From Eutreptiella sp. 'Long Island Sound 2002' (taxonomy: Eukaryota > Protista > Euglenida), in assembly GCA_964036045.1 (NCBI GenBank), contig OZ038378.1:39680001-39744000 (forward strand): a stretch of 64,000 nt of DNA, read 5' to 3'. A program made the translations under genes and the position numbers. Each line of letters starts with the position of its first letter. Position 1 is the stretch's first letter. The notes beneath the pieces are model-generated. The model was not told the DNA's origin. It ran no database searches and worked only from the letters and a program-made list of their open reading frames with translations. Of this stretch, positions 10,860-21,786 are shown one piece after another.

Positions 10860-11400
10860 GTTGCGGCTGATGTAGTCCGCACACACGTTCTTGACACCCT
10901 GGATATGGTGTACTAAGAGCCGTAGCTGGCTCAGGTAGGTAAAGAATCGTCTGAGCTTAGCCTTCTCAGGTGGGGGGCCCTTCTGGAAGTTGCGAACCAG
11001 TTCTTGGTCACACAGCCAAACCACAGCGTTGCTCTGCAACAGTCGGGACTGAGGATTGCACCAGCCTACCCGCAAGCAGTTCCTGCTCATAGGTAGAGTA
11101 GTTACCGCCTGGCCTGGTTCCATTTGCAGTTCAAATGGCCCAGGGGTACCAGGACCGATCAGTACTCAGGGTAGCTGTGCTTCATTATTCCATCTCGGTT
11201 CAGTCCATCAGTCCCCCATTGGGATATGGCCGAGGGGAACTCCTCCTTCTCTAGGGCTTGCCACTGGAACAACGTTCCGCCTCCGCCCACATTGCTGGCA
11301 TCAGTCACCAGGATAAATTCGCCTTGTGCCTTAGGCACGCCCAAGCATTTAGCGTTGGCCACTTTGTCCTTGAGCTCGTCAAACGCTTGTTGCTCTGGAG
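10860..11400 (-). pseudogene. Gypsy RNase H
   Basis: EFILVTDASNVGGGGTLFQW; later WLCDQE and HHIQGVKNVCADYISR (ORFs 11159..11362 and 10533..11123). Confidence 0.88.
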
Positions 11401-11410
11401 GGCCCCAGCG

Positions 11411-12400
11411 CTAGGTAGTGCTCTTCTCAATGAGATCCGTCAGGATGGCTCTGGTGTAGGTGAAATTCAGTATGTGGCGGCGGTAGAAGTTGCAAACCAC
11501 AATGAAGCTGCGTACATCATGGAGTCCTCTCTTGGGGTCTTCATGTCGTACCTTAGCATCCATCAGGGGTTTGGCCTTAGAGGATGCAGGGGTCCACCAC
11601 CCATAGCCAATGTGGGACCCGAGGTACTGTATAGTCACCTGCGTGAGCTCACAGTGCTCCTGCTTCAGTCCTGTGTCGTTCTCCTTGCTGACAGCAAAGA
11701 ACTTGCCAAAGAGGATGCGCTGGTCCTCCATGGTGGTCGTTGCCAGGAATACATCATTGATGTGTGCTTCCATATGGGCGCCTCGGTGTATGAGTTCTTG
11801 CACCACGGGTCTACGAGGTAAGATGGACAACATCTTGTTCATCAGCTCTTGGAAAAGAGCGGGGGCGTTCGCCATGCCAAAGGGCATGACGTTCCGTTTG
11901 AACACCTTCCCCTGAGGGGTGATGAGTGCTAGTAGCTCTTGGGCATTGGGCGTCAGGTCCACCTGCCAGAACCCACTTTGCTTAGTCTTCTAGCAGCAGG
12001 TGGCCATCTTTTCCAGGGTCGACTGCATGTTGAGAATAGACCCCGAGTGGTTCAATGTTTTCTTGTTCAGCTCTTCATACTCCACCCCCAGCCGTTTGGC
12101 TGTAGACCCAGGTTTAGCCACCACGAAACAGGGGCTGCGGTGCTTGGGCTAGTCCCCATCCTTGTACTCCAGCACCAGGCCAGCGTCAATACACTCTTGT
12201 ATCTTTCGCTCGGTCTCCTTTGCCTCCTCTTTAGGATCAGGGGAGGGCCTCCGACGTATCTTGTGACCGACGAAGTGAGGTTTCCGCTTGAGGTCCATTT
12301 GAACCAGCTTGTGACAGGAGGCTGGAGGGGGTAGTTCACGAAACACATCCAGGTAAGTCCTGATTAGCTTCTGTACTTTCGGGTCCAAGGGTTTAATCTT
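11411..12400 (-). pseudogene. pol: Gypsy reverse transcriptase
   Basis: IQECIDAGLV...SPCFVVAKPG; VMPFGMANAPALFQELMNKML; AHINDVF (degraded YxDD); IQYLGSHI; DVRSFIVVCNFYRRHI. Confidence 0.93.
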
Positions 12401-13239
12401 GTCATCTAGGTCCGCCTCAGAGTGTAGTTTGCTTGCCTCTTGGTAGATAGAGGCAGGCAGGTGGCCCTCAACCGGCTCAGCATCCTTAGCGGGGTCGTCC
12501 AGCCCTTGATAGGCATACAATAGGTCCCGCTCCACCGTCTCTGGTGGTCGGTTATAGCATAGACACGCTCGAGTGGGTTCGCATACGCATCTCTCTGAGA
12601 GTTCATCTTCTTCACGGGTCCTCACATGGCCACCCCACACGCTGTTCATGAGCTTCAAGTCCACCTCTCGTCGCCACGTGGTTATCTTGCGTTCCGGGTC
12701 CTCCTTCAGCTGGGAAATTTCTCCCATAGACCCTTGCTTCAACGGCCATGAGCTGCGGGTAGGTCTAGCGTACCATAGCCTTCACTTGGAGTTCACATAT
12801 CCTCTCAGCCTTGATCGGAGATCCAACGCGCCGTCCAGTGGCTCCTCTCCCCTCGTGGAGAATACGGGTTTCTGTGGGGTAGCGTACTCGGCGTTCTCCA
12901 CTTCCTGCACGCAAGCCTGGACGAAGAAGGCGTCATAATCGGCCTCGTCATCGGAGTGTATTGAGATGGGGAGCTCGGATAGCCCACACTTTGAGACTCC
13001 ATCACGAGTAGGTACATGGCATGGGGGGTTGGGGGCAACAGCATCCAACACGACGTATGCGTCTCCCCCAGGAGTCGTCCTCAGTGCGTCTCGAGCCCGA
13101 GTCGGTCTTTCAGGACGTCCAGGGTGTAGCCGCTGCTCTCACGTTGAATCTCCTGGACCAGAGCGGGTTCCAGATCTTCCCACAATACTGGGGCCAGGCT
13201 CCCATCCACGACGCTTAGCATATTCCGCCATGCTGGTGT

Positions 13240-13632
13240 ATTCTTGCCAAGTGGCATGTAGATGACGTCGTCGGGCACCTGGGTGCAGGTAAGCGTCAGC
13301 TTCTCCAACAGAGTACGCCAGTACTCATTTCCCCCCTAGGCTCACCTATCCGGGGAGCACAGGAACATACGGGAACGTTCCAGGGCCACCTTTGTCAGCA
13401 CCTTCTCCAGTTGACTGAGCCTGGGGTTCCCGTAGGCCATCCTGAAAGAGGGCCAATAAAAGTCATAGCAGCAATTGCGCCCTTTGCTGCAGTAGAGGTC
13501 GAAGGTTTGCTGCTTGTAACTGGCGAACAACCCCACGTGCACCTCTTCCCTAAAGTATCCGAAATGCTTTAGACCTCGGTCTACGACACCCCCAGAGAGC
13601 TGATAGTCATCCGTTTTGCAGGCGACCATCAT
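13240..13632 (-). pseudogene. Dam-like/DIRS-type N6-adenine DNA methyltransferase domain inside pol
   Basis: TDDYQLSGGVVDRGLKHFG...VHVGLFAS...LYCSKG..CYDFYW...YGNPRLSQLEKVLTKVALE..MFLCSPD(R*A*)GGNEYWRTLL. This follows the DLFAS...W...(Y)xNPPF..VLxK...ILxxPxW...W pattern and stays in frame with ORF 13081..13308. Confidence 0.7.
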
Positions 13633-13699
13633 CGCAGAGGGCTCCTTCTTGCATACCGTCAGCTAGCTGGACGTGCGCTCAGACTACCCCAGTGGTACA

Positions 13700-14060
13700 G
13701 AGTCCCGTCCGTCACCATGGTCCACATGAAGAACATGGGGAGGTTTGCAGCGTGACGGATGGAATCTGGGGGTGTTCGGCGAAGAGGTCGGTCCCCAGAA
13801 AGAAGTCGAAGGCTTCGGTATCCATCACATAGAACGGGTGCGCAATGCTCCTAGATCCCATAGACACGTCGAACTCGCAGTCCCCGCAACTGTGCACCAC
13901 GTGGCCCTCCCCCATCCATGCGTGTGGCAGCCGTAAGCATGATATTCTTCAGGTCCCCGCAAGGTAAGGTTTTCTTGGCCAGGATCGATATAGTGGCCCC
14001 AGTATCAAGTACCCCCAGGTATTCTCGTCCCCAAAGACGGATACGTCCCCAGAACACCAA
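13700..14060 (-). pseudogene. Gypsy aspartic protease
   Basis: YLGVLDTGATISILAKK (DTG at ~13998-14006), then VMDTEAFDFFLGTDLF. Confidence 0.9.
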
Positions 14061-14087
14061 ATCTGTACCTCCCCCAAAGCGTCTTTG

Positions 14088-16540
14088 TCAGAACTCCGCT
14101 GGACAGGTGACGTCAAACCCCTTCTTGCGACGTTTTCGTGCCATCCGCATGAAGCGGGAGCGTTTGCGGAGGTTTGACTCGTCCTTATCTTCGTGGCCGC
14201 GCTTGGCGCCTTGTTCTTGTTGCCCTTGCATTTGGGAACGGGTCGTAGGCCCCGGGTTTGCTGCCCCCCTGGTGTAGGGTTGGGGTTTCCCCCGGACCTG
14301 TCCTAGTTCTTGTCCGGGTCTTCCTGTCAGGGCCTCGGCATCCTCCTCCTTTGCCTTGCTCTTGGCATTTACCACCGCCCTTGGACTTACCCTTGCCCTT
14401 GTCACCGTTGTTTTTGCCGCTTTGACCCCCATTCTGGGTCTCACTCTTCGGGTTGGCTTACAAGCGCTGCTTGTGGTAGCGGTCATCCTCGTAGTGCTTG
14501 CGCTCGCTACACAAGGCACAGGTGATGATACACCTGAAATGGTCGGGCATTCCGGCCTTGCCGCCGGCGTTGGTCTCCTCCCTTTTGCCCTAGACCATGA
14601 AGCACTCGTGCCGGTCACAGTCCGGGGTATGCACTAGGCCCCCCTTCTCATTTTTGGCGTCACAGCAGAGCAGGTCCTCGACATTGCTCATGTAGCGAGC
14701 ATTCTTGGGGGTTGACCCTTGTCCAGGTTGAGGACCTTGGTAACCATGGCCATGGTTCGCAGAGTTGCCTCCCCCAGAGCGGTAGGCGTTGAGTTGCTGG
14801 TCACTCTCCTTCTCCAGCGCCAGCTCCAATAGAAGCACAGACAAGTCCTCATAGGTGAGGGTTCTTGCCTTGCGTTCCGCCGTTGCCCGACACTCATCCC
14901 ACAGGTCTCGTGGGATATTGGCTACCAACCAGAAAAGCAGCTCTTCGCTGCCATAAGATCCGGGCGTCAGTCGCCCCACCCAGTGATCCAAGCCAGCGAG
15001 AAGTTCAGAGATACGCGCAGCCTTGGGGTTGTTGGGCAACATAGCCACGTTCTGGATCCCGGTCCGGATGGATAGGTGGGTCTCATAGGAGGGGTACTGC
15101 CTCTCAAGGGCAACCAACACATCGGCGAACGTGGCAGACTTTGTCACGATCGGTTTCACTTGCTTGTCCAAGTACTTGCGCTTGCAACACTGCAAGAGTG
15201 AGTCGCACTCCACCCCCCCATCTAGTGTGGGTCTGGCCGGTGTATCCTCAGAAACTGGCCAAAACTCTCCGCCAACTCGCTGAGGTCCTTGCCAGTGAAC
15301 TCCGGCAGGTTTACCACAATCTTAGAGGTGGCAATAGCCTTAATAGCCTTGGCCTCCTTGGAGCGACGCCTCTGTGGGCGCCTGCTCTACCTTGTCTTCT
15401 TCTTCTTTTTGCCACTCGGGTAATTGGGGTCCTCAGGGTCATCGTCCCCAGAGGGTGAAGCTGACGATAAAGCTGGTGGTTCGTCGTCTGAAGGATCACC
15501 GCCCAAGTCTCTGGAGCTATAGGGGTCTACATCTACCATAGCCCTCAGGGCTGTCAGCCCCCGTCGGTCCAGTTCCGCGCGTCTGGAATTCTCCACATGG
15601 CTCTAGGGCGGTTGTGCCATTCTTGGCACGAAGGGGCTCCTTGGAACATTTGCAAGGGTTGGCATCGGTCGGCTTCTCACACCACCCAGGGTATGAGTCA
15701 GACCGGCAACCAGATGGTTGGCCTATACTCGGTGAGGGGAAGCTCCAATGGTTACAAGTGACCCATGAGCTGGTATCAGGGGCTCCATTTTGGCCCGGAT
15801 CTCTTGAGCGAGGTCACTAACTTGTTCAGCAGTGGCACCACGGAGATCTTCCCTTATCTCAGAATGCGTCAGGGACTTGTTATAGGGTCTTGTAGATCCC
15901 CTGCTCGGTCCTCCACAAGACTCAGGGCGTCGCAGTCCGCTGATGGAAGTAAAGCCATGCTCCGGCATGGTATAGGCAGGCATTGTAGGAGAGCACACAC
16001 ACGCGGGGCCCTGCGAAAGGCATCTGGTTCGTGACATGGGGTCGGCTCATGAATAGCATCGTAGGAAGAGCCAGATGACATTCGTTCGCTAACGTGATGT
16101 CCCATAGGTGGCTCAATAGCGAGTGGTTCCACTCCATGCGTAGGGCAAGGCATACCAGTAAGGCCTGTGCCCTCAGCCACGGGTGGAGTGGTTATAAGAG
16201 AGGATGATGCTGGGTGTGTAGCTGGGAGTGTAGTGGCCGTAGGAGACGATACTTCAGGGTGTTCGGTCGCGCTCGGAGCGCTCTCAGAGTGCCTTTTGCC
16301 GTAGGATACATCTTGTGTTCGTGCATGCTCGCCTTCACAAACATCTTCGGCTCCTCCTTACCCTGTCTCCTTCTCCTTCGCCTTGCCTTCAGGTGTCTGC
16401 ACGTGCAATCCATTGAAGGCAGCTCCCAAGATTCCAAGAGAGTCATCGTCAAGCCCACTTAGGGGCGCTGTAAGTACAGGGTCCTCAGGTTCAGGTTCAC
16501 TAGCACGTTTTTGCTTTGGTGCCGGCCTGGCTGGTGCCAT
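14088..16540 (-). pseudogene. gag: Gypsy gag with capsid region and CCHC-type knuckle
   Basis: Low-complexity N-terminus. Capsid-like LLQCCKRKYLDKQVK...LERQYPSYETHLSIR...TYEDLSVLLLELALEKESD. Knuckle CALCSERKHYEDDRYHK at ~14475-14522 (last Cys mutated to Arg). Confidence 0.8.
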
Positions 16541-16664
16541 TGAGGGCGCTCTCGTCTCGGCAGTGTCCTTGGTATCGATTATATTTTCTTCGGCGCTTCA
16601 AGAGTGATCAGTCTCCGCGTACCGGTTGAACTGCACGGGGTTGCAAGTACGCACAGACTGGTTG

Positions 16665-16676
16665 CCTCTGCTATCA
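16665..16676 (-). promoter_or_regulatory. Primer-binding site (tRNAi-Met), one mismatch
   Basis: Minus strand reads TGATAGCAGAGG, the same motif as 5819-5830 apart from G>A. It lies just upstream of gag. Confidence 0.7.
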
Positions 16677-17087
16677 CAAAGTTGGAACAACTTTGACTCA
16701 TGAAGTTCTTGATGTGTTTTTTGATGTGCCGCTCCTGCTTGTTCCTTGCTCCTTCCTCAATTCCACAGGTTTTTATTGAGTTTTGTGAAATAAAATAAAA
16801 AAGCTAGTCCCAGTAATCCAAACAGTGCACAACACAATCTCAAAGTCCACTACATGAAAGGCTGCAATAACAAAGGAAACAATCTACAATGTACTTACAG
16901 CAAAGCAACTCGCAAGGGCCACATACTTACAAAAAATATTTGGAAAAGTGCCCACATGGGCACTCTCTCCTTTGATAGTGCAATCTAGAGATGTGCACTT
17001 TTTTTTTGGGTCCCACAGGTGCTGAGGTGGCATGGCATGTGGCGTTGAGGGCACTGCCATTTCACATGGGATCATCCTACTTAGCTA

Positions 17088-17165
17088 GGCTGACTGGGTA
17101 CTGAACCCAGGACCTCTCCAAAACAGGTATCCCAGCTCCCTAGGGTGCACACCACTAGGATAGCA
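17088..17165 (-). other. tRNA-like (SINE-head-like) sequence
   Basis: Minus strand has A-box-like CTATCCTAGTGGT and B-box-like GGTTCAGTACC at tRNA-like spacing; the cloverleaf is poor. Confidence 0.3.
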
Positions 17166-17433
17166 AAGCATTCATCAAAAAATATAGAAGAATGTAAAGG
17201 CTCTGAACTCAGAGCAGCGCCTCAGTCGATCAGGAAAATGGTGTTTATGTGAAAATAGTTGGTGGGTCAGGGGTCCACACAACATACTTGGTTTACCGAT
17301 TGGTTTTATAGGTCAAAATGCTTTGTCCCCATTTTGGCAGGGCCAATACTAAGATAAAAATGTAATATGCCTCTAGGTATCTCTAACACAACTAAAGCTT
17401 ACCCCTAGGCGTGGGAATACACTTTTTCTTACT

Positions 17434-20118
17434 AACCCACTTGATGGCGTAGAAACCTGTCACTGTGGAATTGATGCACATGACGCCTTCGCTGTGGTCA
17501 AAGGGTGGAATGACATGGATTTTTGGAAAACACCCAAACAAATACAAAACTAGCATCCCTCGCAGGGTGCACCCTGGTCGGCCTATGTTGACCCACCATC
17601 TGAAGACATTTGGAAAGAGCAACACTTGACCATGAAATTATGGGCAAAAGTGTGCACCGACTAAGTAGTGGTTGAAAAGCACCTCTCAGACGCAAAACCA
17701 GTCATCTTTGTGCACTCAATAATCGTTTGAGCAAGGAATCTGGAAATTGGGACTCACTGAGCAGACTGCGAAAGCAGCAGAAAATGCTGGAAATGTTGTG
17801 TTGGGATGCAGGGTTGTAGAGAGTTGATAAGATGGCTGTCAAACACTGCAGCACAGCCACGTGGGTGGCACGTAGTACTTCAGAAGAAATGAGCAGAAAA
17901 AGCCCGGCTTGATCACTCTGTGTTTAGGTATTCTGCTGAGCAGCTGAACGTAGCAACGTTTTTGGGTCCATAGCTTCGGGGTCATATTTCAAATACAAAC
18001 GGGCCTCTGATGCACTATCCGAACTCGGAATGCTATGAAAGGCAATAAGAAACATATCTGTGATAGAATGGGAATTGGGTTTCTTTTGTCAAACTTCATT
18101 GTGCACTTAGAGCCCTCCACTTCGAGCACCTTACCCGAACCCTTGAAATTCTGCCCCTGGGCTGTGGCTGTGGCTGAGTACCCTACTTCACAACATTCAG
18201 GCATTATGTATGATCCGTTCAAATGACCTCTCTGCATTGGTCCTCCAGCGAAGGAAGACCCCAGTTCTCTGGGCAGATCAATCTGTGCTCATGGCCTCTG
18301 GCCAAGAGGGCTGAGTACCCTACCTTATAACATTCAGATGGCACCGATGATCCTTTGCAATGAAGTATCTGCATAGGTCCTTCAGCGAAGGAAGACCCCT
18401 ATTCTCTCTGTTCTCTGAGTACATGAGACTGTGCACATGGGCTCTAACCAAGGTGGCTTAGTTTACAATATTCTCATAGTACCTGTGATCCTCTGCGATG
18501 AACTCTCTGATATGACCACCTGCCTCCCCAAATGGAATTGCGCCCATAAACTGCTGGGCACTATCTGCAGTGAGAAGGTGGGGGGGGGGGGATTGGTCAG
18601 AAATTCAGATAGTACATGTGATCCTTTGCGATGAACTCTCTACATACGTCGCCCAGTGAAGGAAGACCCCTGTTCTCTGAGCAGATGCTCAAAGTCCAGA
18701 TACAAAGGAGCCTCTGATGCACTATCCGAACTCGGAATGCTATGAAGAGCAGTAAGAAACACATCTGTAATAGAATGGGAACTGGCTTTCTTTTCTGTCT
18801 GCCACTTGATCGTGCACTCAGGGCCCTCCACTGCGAGCCCCTTATCACAACCCTTGAAATTGTGCCCCTGGGCTCTGGCCAGGGTGGCTGAGTACCCTAC
18901 TTCACAAAATTCAGGCATTATGTATGATCAGTTCAAAGGACCTCTCTGCATAGGTCCCCCAGTGAAGGAAGACCCCTGTTCTCTGAGCACATGAATCTGT
19001 GCACATGGGCTGTGGCCAAGGTGGCAGAGTACCCTACTTTACAACATTCGGATAGTACCAGTGATTGCGTGTCCCTTGCATTGCGAGTCCCTAACCCCAA
19101 CTCTAGGGGCCACGCACTAACTAGACTACCTAGACTGAGTAGACTGCTAAGCATTGTCTGTAGCAAGAAAGGGGGGGGGAGATCGGTCCATAGAATGTTG
19201 TGCTTTGAATAGAGTTAACGCCACAACTCAAAGATGTCCGCTTCAGTCATCCGCTTCCCAAAAACACGAAGGAAAATGCATGTCAACCGATCAGCGTTCA
19301 CACAGTGTGCAAAATTTTTTTTTCGGGCATCCAGGCGGCATGTGACTTTTTTTTTGCCACCCCTACACTTCTCTAGTTGTGTGCAGGTTGATTCGTCACA
19401 ATCGAGCTTGCCGCAATAGTTTTGTCGCACTAGGTAGGCACTCCAGCCTCCCTTGACAACCGGTCAATTTTGGAACACCTCAACATCCACTCCTTGAATG
19501 GGCCCAAGGGCACCTTGCGTCTCCTGGGGCGGTGGTGGTATCTTTGCGGGGGTTTCACGTTGTGAACCGCAATTCCACTCCCGGGTTTCCACACGGCCAC
19601 CAAACGCTGGTGGTCACGCGGCTCCACGCTTCGTCCACACTCATTGCTCAGTGGGGCCGCGCTAGTGTAGCAAGGCTACCAGCTCCGCTTGAAGAGTAGA
19701 TGGATCGGACACCATGCTCAATGTGGGTGGCAGCGCCCCGCATCAAGGGCCCCTTGTCCGCTGGCTGACGATTGCATTTAACATGTCTGGGCAACAAAAG
19801 ACATTTGTATAGCGCCTCGTCCTGCTAATCTGCCGCTCCAGACGGGGTTTAGAGGGGTAGGGGGGGGGGGGTTCGTGTGAAGCCTCAAAAGTCGGTGTCC
19901 CCTGTGGGTGGGGAGCAATCAACCCAGAAAAAGAGTGGATGTGGTGGGAATGCACAAAAACGTACAAATGGGTGAAACAAAGGTGCAAATCCAAGCTGAG
20001 GGTGTGGGGGGTCAAACTTGCTTCATCACCCGTGCCGTTATGGGGTCCCCGCACACACCACGCTCCCCCACCGGTGCCGAGGGAATCGCCCATAACACTT
20101 TGTTGACCACTTCTAAAA
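17434..20118. repeat. Composite repeat, copy A (direct paralog of 21787-23649)
   Basis: Collinear shared blocks: ACCCACTTGATGGC..., GGAGCCTCTGATGCACTATCCGAACTCGG, AATTCCACTCCCGGGTTTCCACA, GATTGCATTTAACATGTCTGGGCAACAA, GGGAATCGCCCATAACACTT...CTTCTAAAAT. Confidence 0.8.
18160..19085. repeat. Internal diverged tandem repeats of ~110-130 bp (GAAGGAAGACCCC.GTTCTCTG...GGCTGAGTACCCTAC)
   Basis: The motifs GAAGGAAGACCCC and GAGTACCCTAC recur about five times each here, and again at 22470-22960. Confidence 0.75.
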
Positions 20119-20295
20119 TTTGCGGCATTTGCGCTAAGAAAAAATACTGCTTAGAGAAAAAAAAAGTCTGCGAATTTTTTTTAGTGCGGAATATTTCCTT
20201 TAGCGCGGAATATTTTTTTACTGCGGATTATTTTTTTTAGCTAAGAAAAAATAGAACCTCTAAGAAAAATTAATCCGCACCTAAAAAAAAATACA
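20119..20295. repeat. AT-rich self-complementary minisatellite element (TTTTTAGCGCGGAATA / AATCCGCA.CTAAAA)
   Basis: Close paralog at 25070-25255 and related array at 21325-21590. Confidence 0.75.
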
Positions 20296-21324
20296 GGACC
20301 ATGGGCCAGTGGGGCACCAATTGCATTTAGCTACAACTTCACGACATCAAAATGTTCAGAAATTTGCAATCTGTCCTAATGTTGCAGAAGGACACTTTGG
20401 TGGCATTCATGGGATACTGGGCCCAATGGACTCATGCCTTGTCTCACCCTATACTTGAGCACACTCACACAGGAATGCACAATGTGGCATACGCAAACAC
20501 ATAAAACATTCAGACACACAGACAAACGGAAGCACGGAGGGACGGATAGATGGACAGACGGACAGACATGCAGATGAACACTCAGACACCATGGGGGCAA
20601 ACTGCAGCTCCGCTTCCCGCCCCGACAGTGGCCCTTCATCCTCCATCACAAACACAACCACTAACTCTTTGAAACCATATGCCTCCTTCACCGGCACCGC
20701 CCCACACGGCAACGGTGTCCTTTCAGGCACAGGGGTGGCATCAGGGATTGTCAGCGGGGGAACGGCCGCACGGGCACCTACATCCCTGTCTATCCCGCTA
20801 CTGCTGGTGCCACCGCGGCTGCACCCTCCTCTAATCCACCACTCATCCACAACAACTTGCCATTCTTGGCACAAATCCAGACCTTAGGCTCTAGCAGCGG
20901 CTAGGCCTCGTAGGGGACCTCTTGGAAAAGAGGTTTGTTGCCATTGGGTCGTTGCTAGGGGCCACAACCACCACGAAGGGGCCAGGCACAACCTCTGGTG
21001 CGCCTTCCCCATGCAGTGTGTGTGGGGATTGGCCACTTGCATTTCCAACGCTACTAGCCGCTCACCTGTCATCAGCATGCACCGCTACTCTTCCTACCTT
21101 TGTTAGGTACCACTTCTTGCTCCCCCTGGAGTGCGTCCTGCAGGAGTGCCCATGCCAACCACCCACCTAATCTTAAAACCCATCCCCGCCCCGCCTCATG
21201 TACGGTATCCATAGCAAGAAAAAAGTGTTCCGCCCACTAGCAACCCCAATCCACTGCCGTCAAAAGTGTGTAAGGGCTACATGATATTGTGTAAGTGTGG
21301 CCCCATGATCCTGAGATCATATTT

Positions 21325-21590
21325 GTTTTAGATGCGAAAATACTTTTTTTTAGATGCGCTAAAAAATAATAGAACCTCTAAAAAAAATACAAAACATCTA
21401 AAATTTAATACAAAACATTTAAAAAAAAGGTCGAAAGTGACCAAAATTTTAGATGGCTCTGTAAAAACTAATCCGCTGCAAATCTAAAAAAAAATAAAAC
21501 AACGTTTCAGGAACAGACTTTCAGATCTAAGAAAAAATACAACCTCTAAAAAAAATATTCCGCATCTAAAAATAAAATAAAATAACGGAT
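21325..21590. repeat. AT-rich minisatellite (AATCCGCATCTAAAAA/AACCTCTAAAAAAA family)
   Basis: Same motifs as 20119-20295. Confidence 0.65.
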
Positions 21591-21786
21591 AACGCCACCC
21601 CGACGTCCCTGCCCTGCCGTTACAGGCAACATGCAATAGAAACCACTGATTCACACTGCGTTGCATCTAGGGACAACATGACGCCCAGTATGACACCACT
21701 GCCAACAAGATTGCCTGATGCCAGATGCACTTTCCGAACGGGCTGTTGCAGTACACTTTAGATTACGTGAGGATGATGGATAATGC

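Larger units (their letters stand above)
9235..16676 (-). mobile_element. Decayed Ty3/Gypsy (chromovirus-like) LTR retrotransposon: gag-PR-MTase-RT-RH-INT-CHD
   Basis: All Gypsy domains are present in the canonical PR-RT-RH-INT order on the minus strand, with many stops and frameshifts. PBS at 16665-16676. No LTR pair was found by eye. Confidence 0.92.

Noticed and set aside
9235-16676. DIRS element as the explanation for the MTase domain
   Set aside because: The element has an aspartic protease and a DDE integrase with HHCC, shows no tyrosine recombinase, and the MTase lies before the RT.
19430-19700. RNase H-like motifs (QAELVAL; VWKPGSGIAVHN)
   Set aside because: The motifs are in different frames and only ~27 codons apart, too close for RNase H.
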